64,000 bases of DNA from an uncultured bacterium. GTDB lineage: Bacteria > Krumholzibacteriota > Krumholzibacteriia > JACNKJ01. Both the position numbers and the translations under genes were made by a program. The notes beneath the pieces were generated by a model, which saw only the letters and a list, made by a program, of their open reading frames with translations, searched no databases and was not told the origin of the DNA. The DNA lies in the NCBI GenBank assembly GCA_963695095.1, contig CAVOFT010000001.1:2592001-2656000 (forward strand), written 5' to 3'. Shown piece after piece: positions 11,697-23,698 of the stretch (its first letter is position 1; each line of letters starts with the position of its first letter).

Positions 11697-13667
11697 ATGC
11701 GCGAGAGGCTGCTGCTTGGTCTGCTCTGGCTGGTCGCCGCGACGGCGGCCCTCGCCCAGGCCCCGCTCCCCTCTGCCCTGCTCGACGCGCCGCTGGCCCG
11801 CCTCGGCCATGCCGACAGGGCCAGCCTGCGCGAATTCCTGGGCCCCGATTCGACCCTCGTCCTGATTCTCTGGAACACGGACTGTCCCGATTGTCTCGAG
11901 AATGTCGCCGAGGCCGGAGCCCTCGCGGCCACGCTCCCCTCGCTCCGCGTGCTCGGGGTGATGGACGACGCCGATCCCTGGGATGCGCTGGCTTTCGCCG
12001 AAGCGCGCGGCCTCGACTTCCCGAACCTCCACGATCCCGGCGGGCTCTTCGCCACCGCCCTCGGCACCGAGGGCAGCAGCTTCTCCTTCGCCCTGCTGGA
12101 TGGCGCTGGCGGCCTGCTCGCGCTCGCCGTCGACAAGCAGCCCGATGCGGCCGCCGCCCTTCGCGCCGCGCTGGCCGCCCTGCCCGCTGCGGCGCCGGTC
12201 GGAACCGCGCCCAGACCGGGCGAAGCTGCGGCGCAGGCGCCCGCGGCCGCACACTTCCCGCTCGTGAGCGGCAGCGGGCAACTCCGTCTCGCCGCCCTGG
12301 CCGTGGGCCTCGAGGACCGCCTTGGCGAGGGCCCCTGCCCTGGCGAGCCCGCGCTCTGCGCCTGCAGCCTGGGCGGCGCCTACGGAGAGGACCTGCGGCC
12401 GCTGGCCGATGTCCTCTTCCGGCTGCGCTACGAGCTCGTCGCCCAGCTCTCGCCCCGCCTGCGCGCCGGCGCCTTCCTGCGCCTCAGCAACGAGCCCGTC
12501 GCGCTGCTCGCCCAGGGCCCCGAGTACCTCTCGAGCGAGCGCGGCAGCGCCTTCGCGGAGTATGCGACCGGCGCCTGGTCGGCGCGCCTGGGCTGGACGG
12601 CCCTGCACTTCAGTCCGCTCACCCTCCAGCGCTGGGACTTCGCGGACAATCCGCCCGTCGCCGGCACCGGCGGGGCCGGCGGCTGCGGCGCTTGCGGCGC
12701 CACCAGCCACGCCCTGGCGCTCGAGGCCCTGGACGAGCTGGGCCCCGAGCTCACGGTCGAGGGCCTGCGCCTGCAGGGCTCACCGCGTCCCTGGCTGAGC
12801 GCCACCCTCGCCTATGCCCGCCCGCGCCGCGCGCAGGCCTTCGACGCCAATGCCGATCCACCCTTCGCCTATCGCCAGGATCTGCTCGCGGGCCGGCTCG
12901 CGCTGCGGCCCCCGCTGGGCCGCGGCCGGCGCGCGACGCTCGCGCTCCACTACGTCGCCGCCAACGAGGACGGCGGCTCCGCGCGCTGGCCGCTCTACGC
13001 GGGCGACGCGCGCAGCTTCGTCCGCCATGGCGAGGTCTACGGCGCGCTGCTCACCGCCCCCTTGCCCGGCGGCCTCGAACTCGAGCAGGAGGCCACGCGC
13101 AGCACGACGCGCGTGGACCGCATCGACGCTCGCGGCGAGGCCGTCGAGGACTGGGCCTATCGCGGCGAGCTGAGGGCCGCGCTGCCGGGCTCGCTGCATC
13201 TCGCCGCCGCCCGGCTGCGTCTGGGCCCGGACTATGGCGGCGAGTACCGCGCGCTCTCCTACCTGCCCAACACGGAGGGCTGGCGCTTCGCCGCCGGCAT
13301 GCGCAGAGAACGCTGGGGACTGGCCCTCTTTCACAAGCGGCTGACGCGCTGCGAAGGGCCCGAGCTGGGCACGAGCCTGGCCGAAGCGCGCAGCAGCGGG
13401 GTTCTGCTCAGCCTCGTCCCCGGGGCCGGCAGCGGACTCGAGCTGGGCGGCACCTGGATTCGCGAGCGGCTCGAAGGCGCAGCCCTCATCGGCGACTGCC
13501 GCTGCGCGCGCGATTGCGACAAGCGCATCCTCACGCTGGCCGGGCATCACGGCCTGGGCCCGCGCACCCGGCTCAGCCTCGAGCTGAGCCGGATCGACAG
13601 CGAGGACGGCAGGGGCGGCGAGGCCGAGTCCGATCTGGCCCGCCTCCTGCTCTCGACGGCGTTCTGA
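11697..13667 (+). CDS. Secreted TlpA/redoxin-like CxxC domain fused to a probable outer-membrane beta-barrel with Cys-rich loops
   Basis: Signal peptide; 'LILWNTDCPDC' and 'LDFPNLHDPGG' thioredoxin-fold motifs; C-terminal alternating beta-strands ending in Phe (LLSTAF); CPGEPALCAC, GCGACG, CRCARDC. Confidence 0.7.
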   Translation: MRERLLLGLLWLVAATAALAQAPLPSALLDAPLARLGHADRASLREFLGPDSTLVLILWNTDCPDCLENVAEAGALAATLPSLRVLGVMDDADPWDALAFAEARGLDFPNLHDPGGLFATALGTEGSSFSFALLDGAGGLLALAVDKQPDAAAALRAALAALPAAAPVGTAPRPGEAAAQAPAAAHFPLVSGSGQLRLAALAVGLEDRLGEGPCPGEPALCACSLGGAYGEDLRPLADVLFRLRYELVAQLSPRLRAGAFLRLSNEPVALLAQGPEYLSSERGSAFAEYATGAWSARLGWTALHFSPLTLQRWDFADNPPVAGTGGAGGCGACGATSHALALEALDELGPELTVEGLRLQGSPRPWLSATLAYARPRRAQAFDANADPPFAYRQDLLAGRLALRPPLGRGRRATLALHYVAANEDGGSARWPLYAGDARSFVRHGEVYGALLTAPLPGGLELEQEATRSTTRVDRIDARGEAVEDWAYRGELRAALPGSLHLAAARLRLGPDYGGEYRALSYLPNTEGWRFAAGMRRERWGLALFHKRLTRCEGPELGTSLAEARSSGVLLSLVPGAGSGLELGGTWIRERLEGAALIGDCRCARDCDKRILTLAGHHGLGPRTRLSLELSRIDSEDGRGGEAESDLARLLLSTAF

Positions 13668-13716
13668 GCGCGGCCTGCCCACCGGCCGGCTGCGCCTGGA
13701 CAGGGAGGTGAAGGCG

Positions 13717-14280
13717 ATGACAGCGCGCATCGGCATGGCGGTCCTGGCCTTGGCCCTCGCGGCGAGTCCGCTTGGCGCCGATCAGGATCCCAGCGACCCG
13801 CAGCTCATCAGGATCGAAGGCGAGACCTTCGTGGCCAGCCACAACACCGGTGGCTTCAACATCGGGGTGGCCTTCTGCGGGAGTGCCAGCGGCTACTACG
13901 TGGCCGACGGCATCGATCAGCCCGGCGAGTGGATCGAGCTGGCCCTGACGCTCCCCGCGAACACGATCTACACGGCGCGCCTGGCGGTGCAGGGCTGGCC
14001 GGGCGAATTCAACATCCTGCAGCTCGAGTTCCTCCCCGCCGCGGGCGCTGGTTCACGCTCGAGCACGGAGTTCCGATTCACGGGCATCGGGGTGGGCTGC
14101 GATGTGCCCTACCTCTGGGTCGCGGGCGAGCTGCCGCTCTGCGCGAGCGCCGGCAGTTACCGGGCGCGCATCAGCCTGACGAGCGGCACGCTCGCGCGCA
14201 TCGACCTGCTGGAACTGAGCTACGAGAACACGCCGACGGCCGCGCACTCCTGGAGTCGCATCAAGTCGCTCTATCCCTAG
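13717..14280 (+). CDS. Small secreted protein, CBM6/35-like beta-sandwich, C-terminal SWSRIKSLYP motif
   Basis: GGAGG RBS, signal peptide, 'IRIEGE...PGEWIEL...IDLLEL' jelly-roll-like pattern. Confidence 0.7.
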   Translation: MTARIGMAVLALALAASPLGADQDPSDPQLIRIEGETFVASHNTGGFNIGVAFCGSASGYYVADGIDQPGEWIELALTLPANTIYTARLAVQGWPGEFNILQLEFLPAAGAGSRSSTEFRFTGIGVGCDVPYLWVAGELPLCASAGSYRARISLTSGTLARIDLLELSYENTPTAAHSWSRIKSLYP

Positions 14281-14319
14281 TGGATGAGCCCTCGGCCGCG
14301 CGGGCCCGGCCGCACGGCA

Positions 14320-16383
14320 TCAGGCGACCGGCAGCGCCTGCAGCAGCAGCACGCTGCGATCGCCCACGCGATAGCTGCCGCCCGGCAGCGCGGGCGCGGC
14401 GGCCGGCAGGCGCAGGTCCTCGCCGGGCGCGAGGCTGGTGTCGAGCACGCGGTGCCAGGCGCGCCCGGGCGGCGGCGGCGGCAGCTCGAAGTCCAGCGGC
14501 TCCGTCCAGGCGTTCAGGCACAGGTGCACCCACTCGCCCTCGCCGGGCCGGCTCAGCGTGCAGGCCAGGCTCGAGGAGCTGGCGGTCCAGTCCGGCGTGC
14601 CCAGCTTGACCCCGTGCCACTGCAGCAGCGTGCCGCCGGCGCCGTCCTCGCGCCAGAAGCGCTCGTCCTTGAAGATGGCCAGGGCGCGGATGTAGGCGGC
14701 GAGATCGCGGACGAAGCCGTGCAGGGCGCAGCGGGCCGCCAGGGGCGACCAGTCCAGCCAGGCCAGCGCGTTGTCCTGGCAGTAGACGTTGTTGTTGCCC
14801 TGCTGGCTGCGGCCCAGCTCGTCGCCCATCGAAAGCATCGGCGCGCCCTGGGCGATGAGCAGCAGGGCCAGGAAGTTGCGCTGCTGCCGCGCGCGCAGGG
14901 CGAGCAGGCGCGCGTCGTCGGTCGGTCCCTCGACGCCGTAGTTGGCGCTGTAGTTGTCGTCCGAGCCGTCGCGGTTGTCCTCGCCGTTCGCCTCGTTGTG
15001 CTTCTGGGCGTAGCTGACCAGATCGGCCAGCGTGAAGCCGTCGTGGCAGGTGACGAAGTTGATGCTGCGGTTGGCCTCCAGCGCCGGGTTCGCGTAGAGG
15101 TCCGGGCTGCCGGCCAGGCGCAGGGCGACCGCGGGCACCAGCCCCTCATCCCCGCGCAGGAAGCGGCGCAGGTCGTCGCGGAAGGGGCCGTTCCACTCGG
15201 CGAAGCGCTCGCCGGTGAAGGAGCCCACCTGGTAGAGGCCCGCCGCGTCCCAGGCCTCGGCGATCAGCTTGCTGCCGGCCAGCACCGGGTCCGAGTCGAT
15301 GGACCACAGGATGGGCGCGTTCTCGCGCGGCTTGCCCTTGCCGTCGCGGCTGAGCACCGAGGCGAGGTCGAAGCGGAAGCCGTCCACGTGCATCTCGGCC
15401 ACCCAGTAGCGCAGGCAGTCGAGGATGAGATGCCGCATCACCGAGTGGTTGGCGTTGACCGTGTTGCCGCAGCCCGTGAAGTTCGCGTAGCGCGAGGGCT
15501 CCTCGCCCGCGATGTAGTAGGCGCCGTTGTCCAGCCCCTTGAAGGAGAGCGTGGGGCCGCGCTCGTCGCCCTCGGCCGTGTGGTTGAAGACGACATCGAG
15601 GATCACCTCGATACCGGCCCTGTGCAGGGCCTTGACCATGTCGCGAAACTCGTCCACCGGTCCCAGCGGGTCGCGCCGCGAGCTGTAGGGACCGTGCGGG
15701 GCGAAGAAGGCCAGCGGACTGTAGCCCCAGTAGTTCACCCTCCCCAGCGGCGCGTCCAGAGGATCGAAGTGCTGGACGGGCAGGAGCTCCACCGCCGTGA
15801 CCCCGAGGTCCACGAGGTAGGGGATCTTCTCGATGAGGCCGGCATAGCTGCCGCGCAGGGCGGGCGCCAGGCCCGAGCTCTCGTGGCGCGTGAAGCCCCC
15901 CACGTGCAGCTCGTAGATGAGCGTCTCGCCATAGGGCCGGCACAGCGGCCGGTCGCCCTCCCAGTCGTAGTCCCGCGTGTCCACCACCACCGAGCGCAGC
16001 GCCTGGGCGCAGTTGTCGCCGGGGCGGATGGCGGCCACGCGGTCGTAGGCGGCGCCCATCACGACGGCGCGGGCATAGGGGTCCAGCAGCAGCTTCTCGC
16101 CGTCGAAGCGCAGTCCCCGCGAGGGCGCGAAGGGCCCGTGCGCCCGCCAGCCGTAGACCTGCCCCGCGCCCAGGCCCTTGACCAGCACGTGCCAGTAGTC
16201 GGCGGTGCGGTGGCGGCGGGCGTCCAGCCTGATCACGCGCGCGGGGGCCGGATCCTCGGGGCCGGCAAAGAGGATCAGCTCCAGGCACTGGGCATGCCGG
16301 GAGTAGATCGCGAAGTTGACGCCGCCCGCCTGCAGGCTCGCGCCGAGGGGATGGCTGATGCCGGGATGGATGTCGCTGAGCAC
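14320..16383 (-). CDS. glgX: Glycogen debranching enzyme (isoamylase, GH13)
   Basis: IYELHVGGFT, NYWGYSP, DVVFNHTAEG, DGFRFDLAS, LIAEAWD, INFVTCHDGFTL, GNNNVYCQDN. Confidence 0.96.
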   Translation of the reverse strand: MLSDIHPGISHPLGASLQAGGVNFAIYSRHAQCLELILFAGPEDPAPARVIRLDARRHRTADYWHVLVKGLGAGQVYGWRAHGPFAPSRGLRFDGEKLLLDPYARAVVMGAAYDRVAAIRPGDNCAQALRSVVVDTRDYDWEGDRPLCRPYGETLIYELHVGGFTRHESSGLAPALRGSYAGLIEKIPYLVDLGVTAVELLPVQHFDPLDAPLGRVNYWGYSPLAFFAPHGPYSSRRDPLGPVDEFRDMVKALHRAGIEVILDVVFNHTAEGDERGPTLSFKGLDNGAYYIAGEEPSRYANFTGCGNTVNANHSVMRHLILDCLRYWVAEMHVDGFRFDLASVLSRDGKGKPRENAPILWSIDSDPVLAGSKLIAEAWDAAGLYQVGSFTGERFAEWNGPFRDDLRRFLRGDEGLVPAVALRLAGSPDLYANPALEANRSINFVTCHDGFTLADLVSYAQKHNEANGEDNRDGSDDNYSANYGVEGPTDDARLLALRARQQRNFLALLLIAQGAPMLSMGDELGRSQQGNNNVYCQDNALAWLDWSPLAARCALHGFVRDLAAYIRALAIFKDERFWREDGAGGTLLQWHGVKLGTPDWTASSSSLACTLSRPGEGEWVHLCLNAWTEPLDFELPPPPPGRAWHRVLDTSLAPGEDLRLPAAAPALPGGSYRVGDRSVLLLQALPVA

Positions 16384-16472
16384 GCCGCCTCCACCGTGTC
16401 GACTCGAGGCGGGAGCCTAGCAGGTAGCGGCGAGCTTGGCGAGCCCGATGGCGCCCGGCGCGGCAGCTCGGC

Positions 16473-17117
16473 TCAGGGGACGCGCTCCACGGCGCAGCGA
16501 GCGCGGGCCTGGCGGCTGCCGAGGCCGGCCATGCGGCGCAGGAGGCGCTCGGAGCCGCCGCGCAGTCCGCCCAGCAATCCCGGCGCGCCGCGCGCATCGC
16601 CGCCGGCCAGCCACTGCTCCAGCTCGCGCAGCTCGGCCGCCGTCAGCGGCTCCAGGCGCGCCTCGATCTCCAGCTCGACGGCGACACCGGCGGGCAGGCC
16701 GGCGGGCAGCAGCAAGGTCTGCGCGCGCGGCTTGCCGAGTTCGGCGGCCAGCGCCCCGGCATCGGCGCACTGCGCCAGCCGGCGGCCGCGCGCGTCGAAG
16801 AGCGTGTAGCGCGCCTCGAGCACGTCGTAGAAGAGACGCTGGCGCAGGACGCCGTTCGCCACTTCGCGGTCCCACCAGCCCTGCCGCCGCTCGAACAGGC
16901 GCCAGCGCAGCAGGAGCGCCGCGGGCAGTCCGGCGTCGAGGCTCTCCTGCAAGTCCGCGTCGACGAAACCCGCGAGCGCCACCTCGACCTCGAGGGCGGC
17001 GCCCGCCAGCCGCGCCGGCCCGAGTTGCAGGGTCGGCTCGCCGACCGCGGGCCGGGCCCCGCCCAGGGCGAGGCCCGCCACCACGAGAACGAGCGCCCAT
17101 CCTCCCCGGCGCGGCAT
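16473..17117 (-). CDS. DUF4390-like exported protein
   Basis: Signal peptide, 'ESLDAGLPAALLLRWRL...WWD...LFYDVLEARY'; NtrY/NtrX-type neighbourhood typical of the family; TGATG coupling to upstream gene. Confidence 0.6.
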   Translation of the reverse strand: MPRRGGWALVLVVAGLALGGARPAVGEPTLQLGPARLAGAALEVEVALAGFVDADLQESLDAGLPAALLLRWRLFERRQGWWDREVANGVLRQRLFYDVLEARYTLFDARGRRLAQCADAGALAAELGKPRAQTLLLPAGLPAGVAVELEIEARLEPLTAAELRELEQWLAGGDARGAPGLLGGLRGGSERLLRRMAGLGSRQARARCAVERVP

Positions 17118-18745
17118 CAGAAGGCCCGCTCCAGGCGCAGTTCCAGCACGGTCTGGTCGCTGCCGTCCAGGGTGCGCATCAGGTTCAGGCGCAGGCCGGC
17201 GTCGTCGCTGCCCAGGCCGATGCCGGCGCTGTCCTTGAGATCGGCGGCGGCCATCTCGGCGTCCCGGTCCGCCCAGGCCATGCCGGCGTCGTAGAGGCCG
17301 TAGATGTCGAGCTCGTCAAAGATGCCCAGGCGGTACTCGAGGTTGGCCAGCAGCATCCGCTCGCCGCCGTAGGCAGCCTGGAGGCCGGAGGGGTCCGCGA
17401 CCAGCAGCGACTGGTAATCGTAGCCGCGCACGCTGCCGAAGCCGCCGAGGAGGAAGCGCCGCTGCAGGGGCAGGGCGCCGCGCAGGTTGCTGGCGCCCTT
17501 CACGCGCAGGTCCAGGTGCTGCGCCTCGCCCAGGGGCAGGCGGCTGCGCAGCATTGCTTCTGCGAGGGAATAGTCGAAGTCGCCGCCGAGGACGTCCTCG
17601 CCCGCCCGCTCCCAGGCCAGGGCGATGTGATTGAGCGGCGTGCCCAGGCGCAGGCTCCCGTAGACGCTGCGCAGGGTGCCCTCGTCGATGGGCAGGTTCG
17701 TGCGGAAGCGGCCGCTGTGAAAGGACCAGGTGGCCGTGTTGCGCATGTAGGCGTGGTCCTCGCTGCGCAAGCCCGCCTCCACCCGCAGCCAGTCGGGCGC
17801 CAGGGCGACGAGGCTGAAGGCCGCGCCCTCGCGACGATAGTAGTCGCGGTAGTCCTCGCGGAAGAAGACGGCGGCGAGCGAGTTCTCGGTGTCGCCGACA
17901 CCCGTGCGCGGCGCGTAGGCGGTGCCGCCCAGGCCCTCGAACTTGAGCCAGAGGCGCTGCCCCGGCACCAGCGGCTGAAGCAGCGTCAGGCCCAGGCTCC
18001 AGCGCTCGCTCTCGAAACCATAGGCGACGAGCCCCTGCGCGGAGGGCTCGAAGTCGGCCTCGGCCACGTGCTCGGGTCGCAGGCCGAGCAGGAGGCCGTC
18101 CACGCGCTGGTAGTCGATGGTGAGATCCTCGCCATCCTCGCGGTGGCCCAGCTCCGCGCGCAGGCGCCGCCAGGTGGCCTTCTCCCGGCGCCAGTGGCCG
18201 CGCTCGAGATCGCCGGTGACGAGCACCGAGACCCAGCCGCCGTCATCCAGACGCTGGGCCTGCGTGTTGGCGGGGTCGATGGCCTCCCACTCGCCCTCCT
18301 CGTCCCTGACGATGAAGCGGTAGTGGTGCCGGCCGGGCGCAAGCTCGAGGCTCAGGGTCCAGCACCGCTCCTCGGGCAGGTAGTCCATGGGCAGGCGGTC
18401 CCAGTCCAGCCAGTCGCCGGTGAGCGCCACCGCGCGATAGCCCTCGTCGGCGTAGCGGAAGCGCAGGCGGCCGTCTTCATCGGGCGCCCAGAGCCCCTCG
18501 CTCTCGTCATCGTCCGGCCAGTCCGCGTCGGCGGTCTCGGCAGAGCGCCCCTCGCGCGACCAGGCGCGCTCCCAGGCCTCGTCCCAGTCGTCCTTGACCG
18601 TGAGCCACCAGCTGGGAGCCGTGTCGGGCTCTCGGTCGAGGGTGCTCAGCGCGGCGGCCGGCAGCGGCGGGGCGAGCAAGAGGCAGAGCAGCCCGGCCAG
18701 GGAAAGGCGACGGGCCAGCGGGCGGGGATTCGGCTTCGTCTTCAT
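17117..18745 (-). CDS. Omp85/BamA-TamA-like outer membrane protein with N-terminal CBM48/AMPK-type glycogen-binding domain
   Basis: 'VALTGDWLDW...LELAPGRHHYRFIV...DPAN' (AMPK1_CBM-like); 'RFLLGGFGSVRGY' Omp85 loop-6 motif, 'YGGERMLLANLEYR', C-terminal Phe. Confidence 0.8.
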   Translation of the reverse strand: MKTKPNPRPLARRLSLAGLLCLLLAPPLPAAALSTLDREPDTAPSWWLTVKDDWDEAWERAWSREGRSAETADADWPDDDESEGLWAPDEDGRLRFRYADEGYRAVALTGDWLDWDRLPMDYLPEERCWTLSLELAPGRHHYRFIVRDEEGEWEAIDPANTQAQRLDDGGWVSVLVTGDLERGHWRREKATWRRLRAELGHREDGEDLTIDYQRVDGLLLGLRPEHVAEADFEPSAQGLVAYGFESERWSLGLTLLQPLVPGQRLWLKFEGLGGTAYAPRTGVGDTENSLAAVFFREDYRDYYRREGAAFSLVALAPDWLRVEAGLRSEDHAYMRNTATWSFHSGRFRTNLPIDEGTLRSVYGSLRLGTPLNHIALAWERAGEDVLGGDFDYSLAEAMLRSRLPLGEAQHLDLRVKGASNLRGALPLQRRFLLGGFGSVRGYDYQSLLVADPSGLQAAYGGERMLLANLEYRLGIFDELDIYGLYDAGMAWADRDAEMAAADLKDSAGIGLGSDDAGLRLNLMRTLDGSDQTVLELRLERAF

Positions 18746-18783
18746 GGCGACACTCCGTAGGCGAGGGCTCTGCCCCGCCTACC

Positions 18784-18798
18784 GCAAGCGGCGCGCCC
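18784..18798 (-). promoter_or_regulatory. Candidate sigma54 (-24/-12) promoter for the Omp85-DUF4390 operon
   Basis: GGGCGC-GCCGC-TTGC (GG-N10-GC) about 40 nt upstream of ATG; palindromic UAS-like sites at 18897-18934. Confidence 0.55.
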
Positions 18799-18945
18799 GC
18801 CCGCGCCGGCGCGCCATCGCTTCCCTTTCCCTCCATTCGACAAGACTTTAGCTCCACCACTTCGAGATACTTCCAGCCGACTTAGCCCGCGCGGCGTGTC
18901 GCCCGCACATGCCGGCGTTGTGCCGGACACAACGGGCCGGGCCCC

Positions 18946-20287
<1,342 letters not shown>

Positions 20288-20295
<8 letters not shown>

Positions 20296-21745
20296 GCTCG
20301 CCTCCTCTGTCGCCGGCGGCTCGGGGCACCGCGGCCGGCAGGGCAAGGGACAGCCGCGCGCCGCCCTGCGGCCGGTTGGTCGCATCGAGGCGTCCCCCGT
20401 GATCCTCGGCGATGCGGCGCGCGATGGCCAGGCCGAGCCCGGTGCCCGCGGCCTTGCTCGTGGTGTAGGGCTCGAAGACCGCCTCGGGATCGCCGGCGAA
20501 GCCCGGGCCCTCGTCCTCGACGTCGAGACGGTGCCAGCCGGCCTCGGCCTGGTAGCGCAGGGTGAGCGCGCCGGCCTCCCCCATGGCCTCGGCCGCGTTC
20601 TTGATCAGGTTGGCCAGCAGCTGGCGGAGCTGGCCGGGATCGGCAGTCAGCGGCAGGGTCTCCGGCCAGCCCTCCCAGGAGACCCGGTAGCGCTCGGCCG
20701 GCAGGTAGAGCTCGAGCACCCCGGCCAGGAGCTCGCGCAGCTCCAGGGGCTCGGGCTCCGGCGCCGGCAGTCGCGCGAAGAGCGAGAACTCGTCGGCGAG
20801 CCGCTGCAAGTTGGCCGCCTCTTCGAGCACGGCGGCGGTGCTCTCGCGCACGGCCGGATCTTCGCTGCGGCGCTCGATGCGGTGCATGGCCAGCGTGATC
20901 GGGGTCAGCGGATTCTTGATCTCATGGGCGAGGCGCCGGGCGATGCCCTGCCAGGCGGCCAGGCGCTCCGCGCGCAGACGGCGCTGGCGGCTGTCGGCGA
21001 GCTGGGCGCCCATGCGATTGAAGGCGCTGACCAGCTCCCCCAGCTCGTCGCGCGCGGCGACCTCGACGCGATGCTCGAGATCGCCGGCGGCGATGCGCTC
21101 GGTGCCCCGCACGAGTTCCGCCAGCGGCGCGGCCAGTTGCCGGGCCAGGGCGCGCGAGCACCAGAGCGAGAGCAGCACGAGCACGAGGCCGAGCAGGAGC
21201 AGGCTGAGCAGGGTCTCGCTGCGCAGCAGCGACTGGTAGGCGCCTGCGAGCTGGCGCTGGCGCCGGCTGCCCTCGACCACCGTGCCCAGGGCGGCGTCGA
21301 GCAGGGAGTCGAGCGGAACGGCCACGAGCAGCGCACCCGTCGGCCCGCCGGCCGCCACGAGCACGCTGCGGCCGCCAAGCTGCTCGACCTCCACCTCGCC
21401 CGGCGGGGGCAGTTCGGCGAGCCCCGCGAGCAGGGCGAGCAGGGAATCGGGGCCGGCAGCGGCGGCGCCGTCCCGCTGACGCCAGGCGAAGTCCGCACCG
21501 GCGGCGGTCGGGTCCTGCCCGGCCGCCTGCTCGGCGGCCAGGACGTCGGCGCGCGCGAGCACGGCGGCCTTCTCCTGTTCGAGGGCGCCGCGCGCGAGCG
21601 CGAGCGAGCTTTCCATGGCCGCGCTGAGGCCGGGGCTCTCCAGATAGGCGAGCAGGCGCTGGCTCATGCGCCAGTTCAGCGCGAGCAGCGCGAGGGCGGG
21701 CAGAAGCGAGAAGAGCAGAAAAAGCAGGAACAGGCGGCGCTGCAC
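20288..21745 (-). CDS. HAMP-domain sensor histidine kinase (NtrY-like)
   Basis: 'ERLAAWQGIARRLAHEIKNPLTPI', NLIKNA, GTGLGLAI; two TMs. Confidence 0.93.
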
Positions 21746-21883
21746 GCGGACCCCCCAGGCGCGGCGGCGCGCGCCGCGGCGGCGAGCAGCCTAGCACAGG
21801 AATCGGCGGGCTGCCAGAGCGGGACTTGACGCCGCCGGGCGCGCGCAGCACATTGGCAGTTTCCCCCCACCCCCGAGATCGGC

Positions 21884-23698
21884 ATGAACATCCGCAACAT
21901 CGCCATCATCGCGCACGTCGATCACGGCAAGACCACGCTCGTCGACCAGGTGCTGCGGCAGTGCCACGTCTTTCGCGAGGGTCAGCAGGTGGCCGAGCGC
22001 CTGCTCGACTCGGGCGACCTCGAGCGCGAGCGGGGCATCACCATCCGCTCCAAGAACATCGCGGTCAACTACGGCGATCTGCGCATCAACATCATCGACA
22101 CGCCGGGCCACTCGGATTTCGGCGGCGAGGTGGAGCGAGTGCTCAAGATGGCGGACGGGGTGCTGCTGCTGGTGGACGCCTTCGAGGGCCCGATGCCCCA
22201 GACCCGCTTCGTGCTGCAGAAGGCGCTGGAGCTGCGCCTGCAGCCGATCGTCGTCATCAACAAGGTGGACCGGCCCAACGCCCGGCCGCTGGAGGTGCAC
22301 GACGAGGTGCTCGAGCTCTTCATCGAGCTGAACGCCACCGAAGCCCAGCTCGACTTTCCCGCCATCTACGCGGCCGGCCGCGATGGCTGGGCCGTGCTCG
22401 AGCTCGACGATGCCCGCCGCGATCTCACGCCCCTGCTCGACATGATCGCCGCCGAGATTCCGGCGCCGCCCACGGTGGCGGGGCCGGTGCAGATGCTGGT
22501 CACGGCCCTCGACCACAGCGACTACGTCGGCCGCATCGGCATCGGCCGCATCTTCCGCGGCGCCATGGTGGCCGACAAGCCGCTGGCCGTGATCAAGCGG
22601 GACGGCAGCTCGCGCAGCGCCATGGTCAAGGAGCTCTACGTGTTCGACGGCCTCGGCCGCCGGCGCGTCGAGAAGGTCGAGTGCGGGGACATCTGCGCCG
22701 TCGTCGGCCTGCCCGACGTGGAGATCGGCGACACCCTCGCCGATCCCGAGCACAAGGAGCCGCTGCCGCTGATCGCCGTCGACGAGCCGACGCTGACGAT
22801 GAGCTTCCAGGTCAACACGAGTCCCGGCTACGGCCAGGAGGGCCGCTACGCCAGCAGCCGACAGCTGCGCGAGCGGCTCTACAAGGAGACCGAGCGGGAC
22901 ATGGCCCTGCGCGTGGAGGACACGCCGAGTCCCGACACCTTCCGCGTGGCGGGCCGGGGCATCCTCCACCTGTCCATTCTCATGGAGAACATGCGCCGCG
23001 AGGGCTTCGAGTTCATGGTCGGCCAGCCGCGCGTGATCTACAAGGAGATCAACGGGCGCAAGGCCGAGCCGGTGGAGGTGCTCACGGTGGACGTGGCGGC
23101 CGAGCACGCCGGCACCGTGATCGAGTACCTGGGCACGCGCCGGGCCGAGATGGTGAGCATGGATCAGCGCGAGGGCCGCAGCCTGCTCGAGTTCCACGTG
23201 CCCAGCCGCGGCCTGATCGGCTTCCGCAGCCGCATGCTCAAGGCGACCTCCGGGGAGATCGTCCTCAATCACCGCTTCTTCCAGTACGAGTACTTCAAGG
23301 GGTCCATCCCGCAGCGCTCGACCGGGAGCATCATCTCCCAGAGCGCCGGTCAGGCGGAGGCCTACGCCCTCGACGCTCTGCAGGATCGCGGGCGCTTCTT
23401 CGTCGATCCGGGCGAACGGCTCTACATCGGCCAGATCGTCGGCGAATCGGTCAAGGAAGGCGACCTGCTGGTGAACGCGCAGAAATCGAAGAAGCTGACG
23501 AACATGCGCGCGGCCGCCTCGGACCGCAACCTCAAGGTGGCTCCCGCCGTGAAGCTGAGCCTCGAGGAGTGCCTCGAGTACCTGAACGCGGACGAACTGG
23601 TGGAGATCACGCCGCGCAGCATCCGGATGCGCAAGACGCTGCTGGACGAGAACGACCGCCGGCGCGCCTTCAAGGTCGCGACGGCCGACGAGGCCTAG
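21884..23698 (+). CDS. typA: Translational GTPase TypA/BipA
   Basis: [58 protein letters not shown]; upstream TTGACG-17-CACATT at 21826-21854. Confidence 0.98.
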   Translation: MNIRNIAIIAHVDHGKTTLVDQVLRQCHVFREGQQVAERLLDSGDLERERGITIRSKNIAVNYGDLRINIIDTPGHSDFGGEVERVLKMADGVLLLVDAFEGPMPQTRFVLQKALELRLQPIVVINKVDRPNARPLEVHDEVLELFIELNATEAQLDFPAIYAAGRDGWAVLELDDARRDLTPLLDMIAAEIPAPPTVAGPVQMLVTALDHSDYVGRIGIGRIFRGAMVADKPLAVIKRDGSSRSAMVKELYVFDGLGRRRVEKVECGDICAVVGLPDVEIGDTLADPEHKEPLPLIAVDEPTLTMSFQVNTSPGYGQEGRYASSRQLRERLYKETERDMALRVEDTPSPDTFRVAGRGILHLSILMENMRREGFEFMVGQPRVIYKEINGRKAEPVEVLTVDVAAEHAGTVIEYLGTRRAEMVSMDQREGRSLLEFHVPSRGLIGFRSRMLKATSGEIVLNHRFFQYEYFKGSIPQRSTGSIISQSAGQAEAYALDALQDRGRFFVDPGERLYIGQIVGESVKEGDLLVNAQKSKKLTNMRAAASDRNLKVAPAVKLSLEECLEYLNADELVEITPRSIRMRKTLLDENDRRRAFKVATADEA

